Shown here one piece after another: positions 61,887-64,000 of a stretch of DNA of 64,000 bases (positions within the stretch are counted from its first letter, which is position 1; every line of letters begins with the position of its first letter). A program made the position numbers and the translations under genes. The notes below the pieces were generated by a model that saw only the letters and a program-made list of their open reading frames with translations, searched no databases and was not told where the DNA came from. Source of the stretch: Fistulifera solaris (Eukaryota); contig AP026164.1 in the NCBI GenBank assembly GCA_030295235.1, positions 1,674,001 to 1,738,000 of the forward strand, written 5' to 3'.

Positions 61887-63743
61887 TTACAACGACTTGG
61901 TTCGTTTTCCTTCAAAACCACCTTCCCATCTTGGTCCGTCTTCTTCAACCTCTTCCGTATAATACGATTCTTCATCGTAGGAAAGGCCGTCATCTTCCGG
62001 GTACGGTCCTTCCTCTCCCTCCTCTTCGTCGTCGTATTGTTCATCATAATCTTGCCCATCCTCTGCGTACTCTTCATCTTCATATGTCTCCTCATCATCA
62101 TATCCCTCCCCTTCGTCTTCATAGTCCCCATCGTCTCCTTCATCGTCATAGGCTTGTTCATCATCGTATACTTCACCATCGGGTTCGTAAGCCCCGCCAT
62201 CGTCATCTTCATAATGCCCTGGATCTTCGTCGTCGGCGTCATGGACATCCTCCTCATCTTCGTATTCTACGACAGCATCGTTCTCGCGTGCATCTTCATC
62301 TCCGTACGAAAATCCAAATCCTCCTTCATCGGCACCACGATTTTCCGTGCTTTCTTCGTGGGACTCTTCGTTGTCGTTCGTCTGATTGGATGGTGCTACA
62401 TTAAACGAATCCAAATCACCACTCGGAGGAATGTACTCCTGTCGAGATTGTTCAAACTTGGAAAGCGTCCCAATGTGGGTCGGATCGGTACCATCGTCGC
62501 TGCGTACCGCTCGTTTCGAAGGTCCTCGGGACGAACGTCCCGACAAAAGTCCCAAACAGACCAGAAACAAGAAGGCTCCACCAACGGCGACCAACAACCA
62601 TGACCACCATTCCATTTTGTCCAACCCTTCTTCGGATCCTCTCGGCACGACATCGGTCGAATTGGACGTACTGGGAGGTGCGACGGGTGCCCCGTTGGGC
62701 GATGGTGGTGACAAGACGGTGGGTGCCCCAGTCGGAGCTCGTGTCGAACTGGTGGGAAGTTCGGTGTCACTCCACGTGGGCCAGAACGTACTAGTAGGGC
62801 CTATCGTGGTGGGTGACAATGTCGGTTCTGCATTGGGCGCCGGTGTATCCGAAGGTTCCGTTGGCGATGGCTCTGAATTGGGCGCCGGGGTAGAAGAAGG
62901 TTCCGAGTTGGGTGCCGGGGTAGAGGAAGGCTCTGCGTTGGGAGCCCGCGTCGAGGTAGGATCCGCATTGGGTGTAGGACTCGAGTCGGATGTTGGCGTG
63001 GAAGGAGTCGGAGCACTGGGTACTCCATTGGGGGCCACTGTTGGCACCAGATCAAACAAGTTGGTGCCAATATAGCCAACACCAACCAAAAACTCACTCG
63101 ACGAAGTCAATTCGTCCGATTCCATAGATTCGCGAACAACTGGGAGAACTGTCTCTTCCACCTCTTCCATACTTTCGAAACCTTCCCCAAAAACACTGAA
63201 AAATCCCTTTACCACATAACAATCTGCATCATCTACGGGTTCTTCACATGATACTGCAGAGAAAAGGTGAGAGACTTATGTGCAGAACCGCCAAGCAGCA
63301 CACGAGCCGCTTGATTTCTTTTTTTACTTACGACCGGATTCTACCACGACATCTTGGGGACGCCAGCTGATCCCTTCAATGCTTTGACTCTGTAATCGCC
63401 GACGTGTCTCGCAATCAAAAAAGCTCGGCAATATACTTTCGGTAATTTGTTTGTCGAGTGGTGGCACCACGAGAACGCGAATCTGCGATATTCGGGTCCC
63501 TGGTTCCACGAAGATTTCGTAAATATATTCGACTTCGTACACTGACCCAATCGGTTCACCGTAGAATCCTTGTTCATTCAAAGTACATTTTCGACTTTGT
63601 ACTTTCCTCAAGTTTTGTTGTTGTGGCAGAGTGTTGTGAAATGACGTTTCTCGAGAACGACCGACCCGATTGGATGTTTCTACTGCGAGACACCTCTGTA
63701 GTAGCAACCAAAAGGACACCCAGACGGGCTGCCGTATTCTCAT
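61887..63743 (-). CDS. Type I membrane protein: signal peptide, Cys-containing domain with RRL motif, Pro/Thr/Ser repeats, TM helix, D/E/Y-rich cytoplasmic tail
   Basis: ATG 63743, intron 63254-63331 joins ORFs 63324..63779 and 61887..63215 in frame; TPAPNSEPSS repeats; TM WWSWLLVAVGGAFLFLVCLGLL. Confidence 0.75.
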
Positions 63744-64000
63744 TTTCAGTGAAGCGAGATTGTTGATGGGGTCAGTCAAGTAACGTGAGTTGTAATGAAG
63801 GTGTTGGGGATTGCAAGGTTTGATGCTATCTTGATGATTGGATGATGGTGAAAATGGTTTTCTTTTTATTTATTTTGGTTTTTTGTTCAATTCGATGACC
63901 CCAACGGAGAAAGGCGGAAAGACGATTGACGAAATCAGACTACTTCGCAAATCATACTGTGTTAGTGCTCTATACTAGGTAATAGAATGAATGGCAATCG

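Noticed and set aside
62037..63075. Hydrophobic and Gly-rich + strand ORFs (188 and 229 aa)
   Set aside because: Antisense read-outs of the acidic tail and Pro/Thr repeats of the minus-strand membrane protein

Overview
Gene-dense eukaryotic nuclear DNA, almost certainly from a diatom. The evidence is short GT-AG introns, bipartite signal-peptide + ASAFAP-type plastid presequences on ClpP, FNR and GluRS, a mitochondrial urea-cycle-type CPS, a diatom-type cyclin and NRT2. About 32 host genes can be supported. Many carry single-base frameshifts, often in homopolymers, which look like consensus errors rather than pseudogenisation. The main discovery is a complete 5.85-kb Mutator-like (MULE) DNA transposon at 42927-48772, with identical 130-bp TIRs and a 9-bp target-site duplication. 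It encodes a DDE transposase, SWIM finger, CCHC knuckle and a Ulp1/SENP-like (C48) protease region, and it has inserted inside the N-terminal coding sequence of a fucosyltransferase-like type II membrane gene. Other highlights: a 70-bp palindromic element with invariant 17-bp arms, found three times 120-170 bp upstream of start codons; a plastid GluRS fused to an EMAPII/Arc1p-like tRNA-binding domain; an SF-assemblin-like gene; an aldo-keto reductase lacking the canonical catalytic tetrad; and a candidate multi-branched structured RNA. All family assignments come from motif recognition by eye; no database searches were run.
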